64,000 nucleotides of DNA from IMG/VR virus record IMGVR_UViG_3300043419_002586; one strand, written 5' to 3'. Origin of the DNA: a virus. The notes beneath the pieces are model-generated. The model made no database searches, was not told where the DNA came from, and saw only the letters and a program-made list of their open reading frames with translations. The position numbers and the translations under genes were made by a program. Of the stretch, positions 20,612-31,600 are shown piece by piece; within the stretch, counting starts at the first letter, position 1; each line of letters begins with the position of its first letter.

Positions 20612-21028
20612 ATGAACAAAGTGATTAAGGTATTGGACGATATAAAAACGAGAGTAGCTCAAGTGAATCCTGAGTTAAGCAACAAAATCAATAATGCTGT
20701 TTACGATATGGGAGACGCTAATCTGATGGAAACTGAAGATTCATCAATTGATTTAGGAAATAATCCTAAAATCGAATCATATGCAAGACCAAGACCAAAT
20801 GTAAGTGTTGTGAGTGATGATGGGACAGTTCATAGCTTTGCAGTTGAAATCAAAGCTATGAACAATGGTCCAATTCCAGACACGCAGTTAATGAGCAAAA
20901 TTTTACAAGCAGTTGAAAATCATTCAGATAGTGCAAAAGAATATTCCGCTGGTGATGCTCCAGAGTCAAATTCTTTTGAAGTTGTAAGCTTTAAATACGA
21001 AAGAAGAGATGACAAAAAGAAACAATAA
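20612..21028 (+). CDS. Hypothetical protein
   Basis: Likely start 20612 (AAGGA SD) within ORF 20573..21028; carries a KTRVAQ motif. Confidence 0.65.
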   Translation: MNKVIKVLDDIKTRVAQVNPELSNKINNAVYDMGDANLMETEDSSIDLGNNPKIESYARPRPNVSVVSDDGTVHSFAVEIKAMNNGPIPDTQLMSKILQAVENHSDSAKEYSAGDAPESNSFEVVSFKYERRDDKKKQ

Positions 21029-21044
21029 ACTGTAAAATCAGTTT

Positions 21045-21584
21045 ATGGACGACGATCAGATCAATGCTTTAAGACACTCTTTCACTAATCCTCATCGTGA
21101 AGATCTCCCCAAGCCAAAAATGAATAAATTTGGGCATACAGTGCTTGGGGACGAGATGGAAATGACAGATCGTGAAATTGACCTTAAAATCAATGAATTT
21201 GGGGATGTTAGTGCTGAACCAAAGCAAAGTCTTTTTGATAGCCCAGAATTTCAAAAATGGGCAGAAAAACAACCCATTTTGAAGCCAACTGAACCTGAAG
21301 TGAAAGAAGAAATAGAGCATCAAGCAGCAATTACCCCTAATTCAGTCAATATTGCAGACTTAATTTCTGAGCTTGACGAAATGGATGGTACTACAGAGCG
21401 TAAGCAAGTAGAAAAGCATCAAATGAAAAGATGTGCAAATGAAAAGTGCTTATATGCTTTGCCAATTGATGCTAAATTTTGTTTAAAGTGTGGAACGGCT
21501 CAACTAGCAAAATTCTGTACTGAATGTGGTTTTCAGTTCCTAGGTATGGAAAAGTTTTGCCCTGATTGTGGAAATAAAAGATAG
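21045..21584 (+). CDS. Protein with C-terminal double zinc ribbon (DZR-like)
   Basis: CANEKC...AKFCLKCG...KFCTECG...KFCPDCG. Confidence 0.75.
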   Translation: MDDDQINALRHSFTNPHREDLPKPKMNKFGHTVLGDEMEMTDREIDLKINEFGDVSAEPKQSLFDSPEFQKWAEKQPILKPTEPEVKEEIEHQAAITPNSVNIADLISELDEMDGTTERKQVEKHQMKRCANEKCLYALPIDAKFCLKCGTAQLAKFCTECGFQFLGMEKFCPDCGNKR

Positions 21585-21607
21585 GTAAAAAAGCTGGATA
21601 CCTAGTA
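21583..21607 (+). promoter_or_regulatory. Putative phage late promoter (AGG-N17-TAGTA)
   Basis: One-mismatch motif copy 11 nt upstream of ATG 21619, at the head of the neck/tail operon. Confidence 0.45.
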
Positions 21608-21618
21608 TTTTCTTTATT

Positions 21619-22299
21619 ATGGAACGTTCTTGGTACTATATAGCAAAAGAATGCACAGCTTTGAGAAAAAATGTCTTAAGGGTTGATTTATGTGTATTTA
21701 TTGATAACGAAGAAGCATTTTCTAACGAAGACTACTTAAATTCTACTATCAAATCAATTCTTACATCAGCTATAATTAATGGGCTAGATATTGTAGGAAT
21801 TTTATCTCCTAATACACCTTCTGTAGGCTTAAGAGCAAAAAAAATGGCTCAAGAACAACAAATGGACATTGTTGTTGCTTCTGGTCAAACATATATTTGC
21901 TCCGGTAAAGAAGAAATATATATTTATAATTTACTTAAACCAGTGCCAAGAAATCTTTCAATCGATAAAGCTTGTGGTTACGTTCACGACAATAATGGAT
22001 TTGTATTAGCCACAAATGTAAATTCAAAATTAGCTCCAGTATTAAATCGTTTACAAGGAAGTAAATTTGCACCTGATGCAGTTGAAATTTTTAATGCAAA
22101 ATCAGGTGGATATAGAGATGTTGACATTGATTTTCCTAGATTTGTAAATTCAGGGGCAACTTCAGCAAATGATCTTGATAACTCAAATGTTTTTACCTTG
22201 ATACAAAGAAAAACTGCACAAGAAATGGGATTGATACAAGGTGATGAGGGTGTTGATTACACACCAAAATATTTAAGACCTAACACAGGAGTCGTATAA
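21619..22299 (+). CDS. PHP-fold (polymerase/histidinol phosphatase-like) protein lacking the catalytic His residues
   Basis: RVDLCVF (cf. DLHxH), AIINGLDIVGIL, DAVEIFNAK, NSGATS (cf. GSDAH) in PHP motif order. Confidence 0.5.
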   Translation: MERSWYYIAKECTALRKNVLRVDLCVFIDNEEAFSNEDYLNSTIKSILTSAIINGLDIVGILSPNTPSVGLRAKKMAQEQQMDIVVASGQTYICSGKEEIYIYNLLKPVPRNLSIDKACGYVHDNNGFVLATNVNSKLAPVLNRLQGSKFAPDAVEIFNAKSGGYRDVDIDFPRFVNSGATSANDLDNSNVFTLIQRKTAQEMGLIQGDEGVDYTPKYLRPNTGVV

Positions 22300-22793
22300 T
22301 GCCACGTTCTTACTGCACAACAAATGATGTAAAGCAATATCTGCCACCTAATGTCGTAACAGAAGGTGATAATCCAATTCCAAATTTTAGAAACCCTACA
22401 CCTGAATCAGCATCAAATATAAACTTGGATTTCTTCATACAGCAAGCATCTGCAGAAATTGATGCTAATCTTGCCACAATGTATGATGTACCTTTGAAGC
22501 AAGTAAATATGGGCGGAGATGTTTCATATCCTCATCCAATTCCTGTAATATGCGCTATTCTTGCAGCTCAAATGTATTATATGCAAGCACTTCAAGGAGC
22601 TGACCCACAATATTCGGATGCACAAAAAGTAAGATTTGACTTTGCTCAAAATGAAATTGTTAGAATTCAAAATGGTGAAATTAGATTGTTTGGACAAAGA
22701 AATACTCGTGGGGACAGATTTGTAAGAGCTACTTTAAGAGGGGTTGTAAGTAATCCTACAGAGGGCAAACGTTCAAAAGGCCAAAGTCAATAG
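22299..22793 (+). CDS. Head-tail adaptor, Mu gp36/DUF1320-like
   Basis: YCTTNDVKQYLP...IQQASAEIDANLATMYDVPL...ICAILAA...AQNEIVRIQNG matches the DUF1320 pattern. Confidence 0.7.
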   Translation: MPRSYCTTNDVKQYLPPNVVTEGDNPIPNFRNPTPESASNINLDFFIQQASAEIDANLATMYDVPLKQVNMGGDVSYPHPIPVICAILAAQMYYMQALQGADPQYSDAQKVRFDFAQNEIVRIQNGEIRLFGQRNTRGDRFVRATLRGVVSNPTEGKRSKGQSQ

Positions 22794-22802
22794 GTGAAAT
22801 AA

Positions 22803-23579
22803 ATGCTTGAACGAGTTTATGATACCTTAAGAGGCATTTTGTTCTACGAATTACCAAAGAATACCAAAGGTGAAGCTGTAATTTTTGATAGACCTGTATC
22901 AGGATTTTACATAGGAGAAGCAGCTGTAAGACCAAATGCAATTTCTATAATTTTCAAGGGTGCAAGTTCTCCCTTAAAAGACATTTCATTTGGATTACAA
23001 GAATTTGAACACAACGTCAATATAGAAGTCAATGTTGGCGCAGATAATATTGAAACTACTGAAAGAGTTACCCAAGAAGCTACAAGAATAATTTTATCTA
23101 TCTTAAGAAAACATAGAAGAATTTGGGTTGTTGATATTTGTCCTATTTGTGAAAAGTTTACATTATCTCCAGCTCATTTTACTGTAGATCACAGCAATAT
23201 CTTAAGTTCGTATGCAACAACAGTGACAAACGAATTCAATAATCTTTGGTCAGAAACCCATCCTGCAAATTTAGCAGCTCCAGCTTTACCTGATTCTGGT
23301 AAAGCTGCAGAAGCATTCATCAGAATGTATAACGATGTTGGAGCTGGAACTACAGTTGCAAATTTACCAACCAAAGCCAGAAACAACATTCTTAGAATGC
23401 AAGCTGACAATGTAGAGCCTGTAAGAATGCTTTATGATGTTTTATGCAATGATAATAAATCATCTGATGATGCTACAGGAAAGCAACTTTTTAGAAGTGG
23501 CACTATTACTATAACAGCTAAAGAATTAGTTAGACAAATTTACTTTGGTCCAGATAACGTTCCAACTACAGCATATTAA
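22803..23579 (+). CDS. Putative tail terminator/neck protein with an inserted Cys2His2 motif
   Basis: Follows the adaptor gene; beta-rich fold pattern; CPIC-x8-H-x4-H insertion. Confidence 0.4.
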   Translation: MLERVYDTLRGILFYELPKNTKGEAVIFDRPVSGFYIGEAAVRPNAISIIFKGASSPLKDISFGLQEFEHNVNIEVNVGADNIETTERVTQEATRIILSILRKHRRIWVVDICPICEKFTLSPAHFTVDHSNILSSYATTVTNEFNNLWSETHPANLAAPALPDSGKAAEAFIRMYNDVGAGTTVANLPTKARNNILRMQADNVEPVRMLYDVLCNDNKSSDDATGKQLFRSGTITITAKELVRQIYFGPDNVPTTAY

Positions 23580-23581
23580 AA

Positions 23582-26500
23582 ATGAGTCTCGTATCTAAAA
23601 AAGGCCTTGAATTTATCATAAATCAAGTCGGAAAAGCAAAATTTGCTTTTAAAGATTTGGTTGGTGATTTGTCCCTGAAACACGGATATTTTTTAGATTA
23701 TGAAAGAATAGTTGTAAAGTTTAGAGGATCAACAATTTTTCACGATTATGATTTAGCTGGAAAAACACCTCAAGGTCTAGTACTAAAACCTTATCAAACA
23801 TTTGACACTACAGAAAACATTTCTTTTGGATTTCAAGGTGGTAAATATATTGTTGATCAAAAAATTTCTAGTTTCGCAAACACTGGTGGCTGGACTCCTC
23901 AATATTATAATCCGCCAACAACAGAAGGATGGGGAGTTTGGGATTACAATGCTTGGCAATATTTTATTCCACCATACAATGCTGCTGGAAATGCAAATAC
24001 AGCTTACATAATTTACAATATAAATTCTGAACCTGGAGATGGATATGACAGAACAAACTATGATTACCCTGTCAGATGGGATGGTAGTCTTTATAGAAGA
24101 GTAAATTTATTTAATTCTTCTAGATGGATTTCTGTCAAAAACACAGGCACAGTTTCTAACAATGAAGCGCATATTATAATTCCAAAGTCTTATTTTGAAG
24201 GCGCACAATTTATAAATCCATACACAAATACACCAAAAGATTTAGGAATAGCTTCACATATATATCTTAAGACTCAAGGAATAGGATCAACCTTTTCTTT
24301 AGGTGGAAGTATGGCAGGATTAGCTCTAACTTATCTTGCCTTCAATGTTCTTGAAGTATCTTCTACTGGATCAACTACAGAAAGAATTAAAGATCATTAT
24401 TTATTCAAGGTAAAGACACCACCATCTTGGACTGCAAATTATTGGTATCATTTAGCATTTTATTGGGATACTCACGATACGAATTTTCTTCTTACTTATC
24501 CAACATACACAAGTGGAACTGCCTTAACTTTTGATTCTAATAACTTAACATCTACTTGGAATATTTACCCAAGAAAAACTTATTTACAAAAAGATATTCA
24601 AAATTACATAGCATTTGATAAAACAGGTGTAAATGATACAAATGTTTATCTTTTTTCAAGAAATAAAACAAATCAAAAATATTATGATGGCGATTATATA
24701 ACAACTACAGAGCCATTCAGATATCTGTATCCAGAAACATTTAGTGCATATGGTGATACAAATTCCTTAGCAAACTATGTTTCATTAAGTTCATTCGAAT
24801 ATTTACCTGTTATATTAGCAACTAAAAACATTATATCTGGTAATCAATATGAAAATGGAGATATAGACTTTTTCTTGTTTTTTGGAAAAGCTATGCCTCA
24901 AGAATCTGTACCTGTAGATTGGGAAGATTTTAAGAATTATCCAACAATTGAAAATGATTATGACATTGTTGCTAAAATGATTCTTTCATATCCATCTTTT
25001 AAAACTTCAGGAACGATTAAAACAAAATCAAATACAACTTACAACTTAAATAATGCTTCAATAATATATATAAAAAGAGATGCTGATAATTTTGCAGTTC
25101 CTCCTATAGGCGATAGTGATTTAATTAACGAAACTTTGCAAGATGTAATCTCTATGACCACATTCTCTAGAAGTGATGAATATAAAAACATTTACGATAA
25201 ACTAGGTGCAGATTTAGTTGCTCCATTTTCAAATTTTAAATCTTATGGAACAAGCAGCTATGTAGATATTAAAAATAATAGTTTCAAAAAAACAAAACTA
25301 CTACATAATTTATTAAAATACCCAATTGCTCCAGCCTTAAAATCAAATTTCCAAACAACTAAAGGAAGTGGAAAAATTTCAATAGCCTCTGGAAATAATA
25401 TAGTAATTGGCAATGCTTCTAAATTTACAAAAGAAATTACTGAAGGTGATTTTCTTTATAGTACAGATGGCAAAATTCTATATGGACAAGTTCTTTCAAT
25501 TGTTACTGACACATACTTGATCCTCGAAGAAAATTACAAATCTTCTGTTGACAGTCAGACATATGGAATCAAGAATAATCCATTAGAAACAGAGCCAATT
25601 AACATAGAAGTTGAAGAATCTGGCGCAAACGCAATGATTTCTTGGCTCTCATCTCCTCCTACTAAAATTATCTTTAAGTACGATGAGAATGGAATGAATT
25701 TATATGATATTAATTTTGAAAGCGATACAGAATTTGAATTTTATCAAGAAATTTCAAATGTACCAGATTTATTAGATCAAGAAACTACTGGAATAAAATT
25801 GACTAAAGATTATTCTTTCTCAATAGTATTTCAAAATACTAAGAGTGATAAATTTATAAAGAATATAAAATTAAATTCTTCTAAGTTTTTTATTTCTGAT
25901 GATGAATATCTTAATAGACAAAAGAAAAAATTATCAACATCCGGGTATTTCAAGCAAGGATCACAAACAGAAAGATCAAATAATGCTCCCGGAACCTTCA
26001 ACTCAATAGAAGAATATCGGCTGTATGGTAATGCTGCAATAATTCCTAATATGCAAATGGGTGAAAGCAGAGTAATATCAACTAAACAAGTACAACCTGT
26101 AGACTCCACAAAGCAAACCAAAACAGATTTTATTGCTAACTTAAAATCTTCTAATCCAAATATTACTGAAGCTCAAATTCAAGATAATATTAGTGATTAT
26201 GAATTAACAAAATCTTTTTACAATCCAGATTCAAATAAATTTACAAATTCATTTTCTTCTATTAAGGAAATGGGGATGAGCGTTTCAAATTATGCATATA
26301 ATAGAAATACTCATTGGATTTCAAATTATGAAGAAATAATTGGTGGAGATAAAAATAGAAGAATTCACACAGCACAAAATATTTTGGATTTAAGATCTGA
26401 TTCTTTCATTATTTCTATTGCTGGATATTCAACATCAGATGCATCAATTAATAGTCTTGAAAATTTAAACAAACAACAAATATCAATATTTGAAGCTACT

Positions 26501-28285
26501 AATATCAATCAAACTGTTAAGGGCAGCTATAAGAGTGTAAATTACAACAGATTTGCTTTTAAAATTACACCAAACGAATATCAAGATATCAAATCATTAA
26601 AAATAAGATTACAAAGTTTAGCAATTTGTAATAATCCTGATGCTTATATCCAAGTAAGTATTTGGGATAATTATAATAGTCTTCCTAATGCCAAACTTAT
26701 CACGGGCTCTAAAGTTTTCTATACATCTATAAAGAATTATCTTGATGATGTTTATTTTTATGTAAATTATTCATTTACTAAAGATAGAACATATTGGATT
26801 GTATTTGAATCTAATACAAACCCGCCAAATTATGATGAAAAAACTTCTGGATTAGTAAGCGTAAGTGGAACAGCAGTAAGTGGACTTTATAATCCTGTCA
26901 ATAATACATATTCTAACTTTAATAAATATCAAAAGTATGCTTCTATAGGTTTCGGAAGTACTTTATCAAACAATATTTCTACTTGGTATGAAATTGCATC
27001 TATTGGCTCTTCATCTTATATGACTTTGGCTGGAAGTGCTGGTACAAGTGAAAATCAAAATTATGTTATAAAGTATGACCTTAGATTACAAATTCAAGAA
27101 TCTCTTTCTCCAACAGCACTTAATTTAGCATTTTATGATGGATATTCTTGGACATCATCTACAGGGACACCATACGTGATGTTTTTCGGATTAGACGATG
27201 AAATTTATGCTGGATTTAATAGGGATTTCAAAGATTCATCTCTTATAATGCCATCACCGAATAAATCAAGAGAAAATGATACTGATTATTTTGTTGATGA
27301 ATTTTGGACCTTAAATAATCAAAATTTATTTACGCCTTCACAACTTTATATTTATCCAAGATCATTTCTGTCAAGAGTTGTCTCAATTGGAGCAACTGGA
27401 AGCTCTGGAACAAATTTACTTTATATGCCAGTTGAAAATTTTGATCCATCAGTTATGGTAGGTATAGCTGTCACATCAAATGTTTTAACAAGCGGAACTG
27501 CAATTACTAACTTGATTTATGATTCTGATATTGATTCATATAAAATTTATTTAAATAATAATTTATCAGGTACAGCTAATACTTATTACTTTGGAGATAA
27601 TTTGAATAGATTTATCAAAAGATCAAATGATATTCATTTATATCTCAAATACAATGTTGATAATCAATTGCAAACCAAATATGTAAAATTAGACAAATCA
27701 CCAACTTGGATTACTAATTGGTATAAGAAATCTTCTTGGAATTATCTTGAATTAGATAAAAATGAAATGAGCGACTTAACTTCAGCAAATTATAATTTAA
27801 ATTTTTATAATTTTACTGGATTAGGTCAAACAAATTATTTTAGTGGTTATTCTTTGGGAGATTTTACTGCATTATCTTCTATAGGTGCAACATTTGATTT
27901 CAGAGTGACTACAAACGGTGGTGTAAAACTATATATAAATAATCAAGAAAATCCTTATATAAGCGATTGGAATAATTCTTCAACAAATTCATATATAGCA
28001 TCATACGTTGCCACAGGAGCTTCACAACCAATATCTTTAGAATTACAGTTTAATAATTATCAAAACTTACATAGCTTAAAATTAGAATGGAGAAAAACTG
28101 GCGAATCATCTTGGCAAGAAGTTAATAATTCTTTCTATCAAGATTTATCAGTGAGCCCTATATTAATTGATAGTAGTAAAATTGAAAATTTGACTTATTT
28201 AGTTGTAGGCAAAACTTTAGAAGAAATCAATGATCAATATTATGGTTTTCCAATTACTGACAAGATTGTGATTAGGAACAAATAA
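23582..28285 (+). CDS. Large virion (tail/baseplate/fibre) protein with C-terminal PA14-like domain
   Basis: 1567 aa; FDFRVTTNGGVKLYINN..ISDW...PISLEL.F......LKLEW is PA14-like; GSGKISIASGNNIVIGNASKF fibre-type motif. Confidence 0.6.
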   Translation: MSLVSKKGLEFIINQVGKAKFAFKDLVGDLSLKHGYFLDYERIVVKFRGSTIFHDYDLAGKTPQGLVLKPYQTFDTTENISFGFQGGKYIVDQKISSFANTGGWTPQYYNPPTTEGWGVWDYNAWQYFIPPYNAAGNANTAYIIYNINSEPGDGYDRTNYDYPVRWDGSLYRRVNLFNSSRWISVKNTGTVSNNEAHIIIPKSYFEGAQFINPYTNTPKDLGIASHIYLKTQGIGSTFSLGGSMAGLALTYLAFNVLEVSSTGSTTERIKDHYLFKVKTPPSWTANYWYHLAFYWDTHDTNFLLTYPTYTSGTALTFDSNNLTSTWNIYPRKTYLQKDIQNYIAFDKTGVNDTNVYLFSRNKTNQKYYDGDYITTTEPFRYLYPETFSAYGDTNSLANYVSLSSFEYLPVILATKNIISGNQYENGDIDFFLFFGKAMPQESVPVDWEDFKNYPTIENDYDIVAKMILSYPSFKTSGTIKTKSNTTYNLNNASIIYIKRDADNFAVPPIGDSDLINETLQDVISMTTFSRSDEYKNIYDKLGADLVAPFSNFKSYGTSSYVDIKNNSFKKTKLLHNLLKYPIAPALKSNFQTTKGSGKISIASGNNIVIGNASKFTKEITEGDFLYSTDGKILYGQVLSIVTDTYLILEENYKSSVDSQTYGIKNNPLETEPINIEVEESGANAMISWLSSPPTKIIFKYDENGMNLYDINFESDTEFEFYQEISNVPDLLDQETTGIKLTKDYSFSIVFQNTKSDKFIKNIKLNSSKFFISDDEYLNRQKKKLSTSGYFKQGSQTERSNNAPGTFNSIEEYRLYGNAAIIPNMQMGESRVISTKQVQPVDSTKQTKTDFIANLKSSNPNITEAQIQDNISDYELTKSFYNPDSNKFTNSFSSIKEMGMSVSNYAYNRNTHWISNYEEIIGGDKNRRIHTAQNILDLRSDSFIISIAGYSTSDASINSLENLNKQQISIFEATNINQTVKGSYKSVNYNRFAFKITPNEYQDIKSLKIRLQSLAICNNPDAYIQVSIWDNYNSLPNAKLITGSKVFYTSIKNYLDDVYFYVNYSFTKDRTYWIVFESNTNPPNYDEKTSGLVSVSGTAVSGLYNPVNNTYSNFNKYQKYASIGFGSTLSNNISTWYEIASIGSSSYMTLAGSAGTSENQNYVIKYDLRLQIQESLSPTALNLAFYDGYSWTSSTGTPYVMFFGLDDEIYAGFNRDFKDSSLIMPSPNKSRENDTDYFVDEFWTLNNQNLFTPSQLYIYPRSFLSRVVSIGATGSSGTNLLYMPVENFDPSVMVGIAVTSNVLTSGTAITNLIYDSDIDSYKIYLNNNLSGTANTYYFGDNLNRFIKRSNDIHLYLKYNVDNQLQTKYVKLDKSPTWITNWYKKSSWNYLELDKNEMSDLTSANYNLNFYNFTGLGQTNYFSGYSLGDFTALSSIGATFDFRVTTNGGVKLYINNQENPYISDWNNSSTNSYIASYVATGASQPISLELQFNNYQNLHSLKLEWRKTGESSWQEVNNSFYQDLSVSPILIDSSKIENLTYLVVGKTLEEINDQYYGFPITDKIVIRNK

Positions 28286-29139
28286 TGGCAATGAATTATG
28301 CTTCGGCAATCACAATGAATAATTTAGTACTTGCTCTTGATCAAACATTCAGAACAGTTGATATGGCATTAGCTTCTCAAGAATATGCACTTTCTTACAA
28401 TACAGTTGAAAGAAATTTGCAACTTCTTTACGGTCTATCAGCAATCAAATCACAAAACTACAATATGGCACTAGATGTCTTAAGTTTTGGTAAAGGGCTT
28501 GTAAAAACAGCTTTATTGTCTAATAATATCGAACTCCCTGCTGGTAATGAGCAAGGATACACAATTCAACAAATATTAGGCAATATTGATACAATTTCGG
28601 ATGGTTATATCTTTGGAAAAATATTCTTAACTTCCGACACAATAGATGGGCAAGAATTAATTTTTTCGTTAGCTAGACCATCAAGTGACCCAAATGGAAG
28701 TCCGCTGATAATTAATAAAGACATTGATATCAACACTGCAGAAGAAATTATCAAAACATCACAAGAATTGTCTTTTGTAACTGATAAAACATATGATTTA
28801 GAATTATATAAATTTATTGCAGATGTTTCGTATTACGATCAAACTATTAAGAATTCAAGAGTATTTTTTAAGCTTATCGATGAAAGATTACCAAGAGGTT
28901 ATTTTGGATACACAGAAGAGAACATTTCAAAGATAGTAGTTTCATCTATCATAAGAAATTATGCGTTAATTTCAGAACAATATAATACGCAGAAAAATTT
29001 AACCAAAAGTATAATTTCAAATTGGGTTGGTAGTTCTTCTTGGGAACCTGATTTTGCAACATATTGGCAAAATTCAAGTCAATCATTACCAGCTAGACTT
29101 TTATCTTACCTATCATTAGAGTTGGGTGTAAATATATAA
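28285..29139 (+). CDS. Hypothetical virion protein
   Basis: 284-aa ORF coupled by a TAATG overlap within the tail operon. Confidence 0.6.
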   Translation: MAMNYASAITMNNLVLALDQTFRTVDMALASQEYALSYNTVERNLQLLYGLSAIKSQNYNMALDVLSFGKGLVKTALLSNNIELPAGNEQGYTIQQILGNIDTISDGYIFGKIFLTSDTIDGQELIFSLARPSSDPNGSPLIINKDIDINTAEEIIKTSQELSFVTDKTYDLELYKFIADVSYYDQTIKNSRVFFKLIDERLPRGYFGYTEENISKIVVSSIIRNYALISEQYNTQKNLTKSIISNWVGSSSWEPDFATYWQNSSQSLPARLLSYLSLELGVNI

Positions 29140-29141
29140 AA

Positions 29142-31592
29142 ATGGCAATATCATCAAAAGTAGAAGAGATCGTTCTTGAATTAACAAAAACAGTTGGTAA
29201 TATTTATGATGCCTTGAATTATGGGATCGGTGATATTGATAAACCTGGATCTTCTATATTTGAAATCAATAATTTACTATCAATGGCAAATACAGGATTC
29301 CCATATTTTGGAATTTTGGAAACTGCTCCATTAGGTTGCGATACAACTTATGATATTACTTATGATCCTTATTATGTAACTGTGAGAAGTGGTCAATTAG
29401 CTTACAATGGATCTGTTATAAATTTACAACCACAGAAGATTCCATTAAAAAAAGAATGGTCAAAAAATTACTCAGTGGGTGGATTTGGTTCTAGTTATAA
29501 ATATGGAGTAACTTTGGGCTTACCTATTACAGAAGCGCAAAAAGCAACTCAAACTTGGGCAACTACTGTAAGTGACACTTGTTTGGCAGGGACATCTATT
29601 TTATTAGTCAAAGATGCATCTATAGCAGTAAATCTAGGATTTCCAATTCAAGCATTTGTAGGTAATTATTTGATCACTTTTTCAAATGTCACAGATGATT
29701 TGACAGGCTTGATTGTAGATCCTTCATACTACAATGGATCTTCTTTTGGAACATTACCAGCAACATACTATTTGGATAATCCAGTAAGTTTTTTGTTTCA
29801 ACCAAGAGTAAAATACATTACAGGTTTTCCAGTTTTAGAAACTTCTGAAAATGTAAATACTTTTGATTATTTTCCACCATTACCTCAAAGTTGGATTCCA
29901 ATCAGTAAGGTTATGGTCAAAAATCCTGAAAATCCAGTTGTTGTAGACTCAGGTACTGGTCTTACTAGAACTGTAATTGATATGCCTACAGATATATCAA
30001 CATATCAAATTTTGGGCGATACTACTGATAAAAATTTAATTATTCAAAGTTGCAATGAAGCTAATAGTTCCTTGACAGCCTATAAATCAAATGATTATGT
30101 CAGGAATACAGTTTCAGCAGTGTATCGATACTTAAGTACAGTGTCTTCTAACTCTGGTCTTACGAACAGAGAATTGTTAGCTTCTCAACCATTTAGGAAA
30201 ACAGAGTTCTATTCTAAGGGTACATCTTTTAGCGGTCTTGAAAGATTTGAATTACCTTATAATTTTTCTAAAGCATATTTCGAAACAATTGGCTCTGATG
30301 TTCAACACACATTTGCAGTTTTTAGAGGTGATTTAATAACATATAATGCTGCAATTGGAAGTGACAATACTGCTTCTGCAACTGGATTTACAAATGTGGT
30401 AATTCCTTGTTCGAATTATATTTCATCACTTTCTTCTGGTACTCAAATTTATGGTGTGACAATTGTTTATAATATTTCAACTGACGAATATGTTGAAAGC
30501 ATTCCAGTTTACAGTAATTTGATTTCTTCTAATTTTACTTCTAGCAATTATCTTGTTGAATTAAATTGGACAGGTGCTGGAATTACAAATCCGCTTTTTT
30601 ATCACGTTTACAAAAAGCCTCAATTATGCAGCGACTTAATAGAAAGAAAGCTTACAAATATAAATGAAATTCAACATCCTTCATTTAATTCTATGACAAG
30701 TATTGAAGATAATTCTGATTTGTCTTTGAATAATGGATTGACAGCATTCAAGATTACTCCAAATGAAGATTGTTTCATAGGAGGAGTTTCATTAAAATTA
30801 AAATACACAGCTGGCGGACAAATGACAGGATCAGGCTCTACAGGTCTTTCAATTTCAATTTATTCTGCCACAGGTTCTACTCCTACGCCTAATGGTATGA
30901 TTACAAGTTCATCTCTTATAAGAAATTCTGATATTCAACAAGGAACTAATGAATATACAATCAAATTTAGTTCAGGAGCTAACTTAAATCAAGGTTCTAC
31001 ATATTGGCTAGTCATCAATAAACCCTCAGATTTTACAACTGGTTTAGGTTCAACGGCTTTATATACCAGAATAATTACAGGAGGATCAGGTCAAGGTTTA
31101 ACTTCTGTAAACAATGGATCATCTTGGACTGGAACTGGTGGAACTGCGTATTATAAATTTAGAGGATATCTTGATGACGGAAACATATCTGGTGAAGTAT
31201 TAAGACGTGGAGTTAAGCTTACTAATAGAATAGCACTGCAGCCAAGTAAAATTTCTGTTTATGTACCTTATGTAGAAGATTTGACATCATCAAATGTTGT
31301 TTTCAATGGATCAACAACAGGAATTGCAACAACTGATGATCAAACAATCAAGAATGATCTTATCGTTACTGTAATTGCTAAAAATGGTGAAAATGGTGAA
31401 CCTACAACGTTAACTACTACAGTTCCAAAAGGTACACCAAGAAATCAAAGATTTGCTCTTGGAAATGATTTACAAGTGTTTGATAGAGTGATAGATGCTT
31501 ATATTACTCCAGGAACAGACTTGACAAGAATAAACAATGGTCCAATTTTATGGGATATTTATGATCTTATAACTATTGAAACTACACCATAG
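29142..31592 (+). CDS. Putative tail/virion structural protein
   Basis: 816 aa, Ser/Thr/Gly-rich, beta-rich; shares an AFKITPNE...TYW domain with the 1567-aa protein. Confidence 0.55.
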   Translation: MAISSKVEEIVLELTKTVGNIYDALNYGIGDIDKPGSSIFEINNLLSMANTGFPYFGILETAPLGCDTTYDITYDPYYVTVRSGQLAYNGSVINLQPQKIPLKKEWSKNYSVGGFGSSYKYGVTLGLPITEAQKATQTWATTVSDTCLAGTSILLVKDASIAVNLGFPIQAFVGNYLITFSNVTDDLTGLIVDPSYYNGSSFGTLPATYYLDNPVSFLFQPRVKYITGFPVLETSENVNTFDYFPPLPQSWIPISKVMVKNPENPVVVDSGTGLTRTVIDMPTDISTYQILGDTTDKNLIIQSCNEANSSLTAYKSNDYVRNTVSAVYRYLSTVSSNSGLTNRELLASQPFRKTEFYSKGTSFSGLERFELPYNFSKAYFETIGSDVQHTFAVFRGDLITYNAAIGSDNTASATGFTNVVIPCSNYISSLSSGTQIYGVTIVYNISTDEYVESIPVYSNLISSNFTSSNYLVELNWTGAGITNPLFYHVYKKPQLCSDLIERKLTNINEIQHPSFNSMTSIEDNSDLSLNNGLTAFKITPNEDCFIGGVSLKLKYTAGGQMTGSGSTGLSISIYSATGSTPTPNGMITSSSLIRNSDIQQGTNEYTIKFSSGANLNQGSTYWLVINKPSDFTTGLGSTALYTRIITGGSGQGLTSVNNGSSWTGTGGTAYYKFRGYLDDGNISGEVLRRGVKLTNRIALQPSKISVYVPYVEDLTSSNVVFNGSTTGIATTDDQTIKNDLIVTVIAKNGENGEPTTLTTTVPKGTPRNQRFALGNDLQVFDRVIDAYITPGTDLTRINNGPILWDIYDLITIETTP

Positions 31593-31600
31593 GTTTTTAT

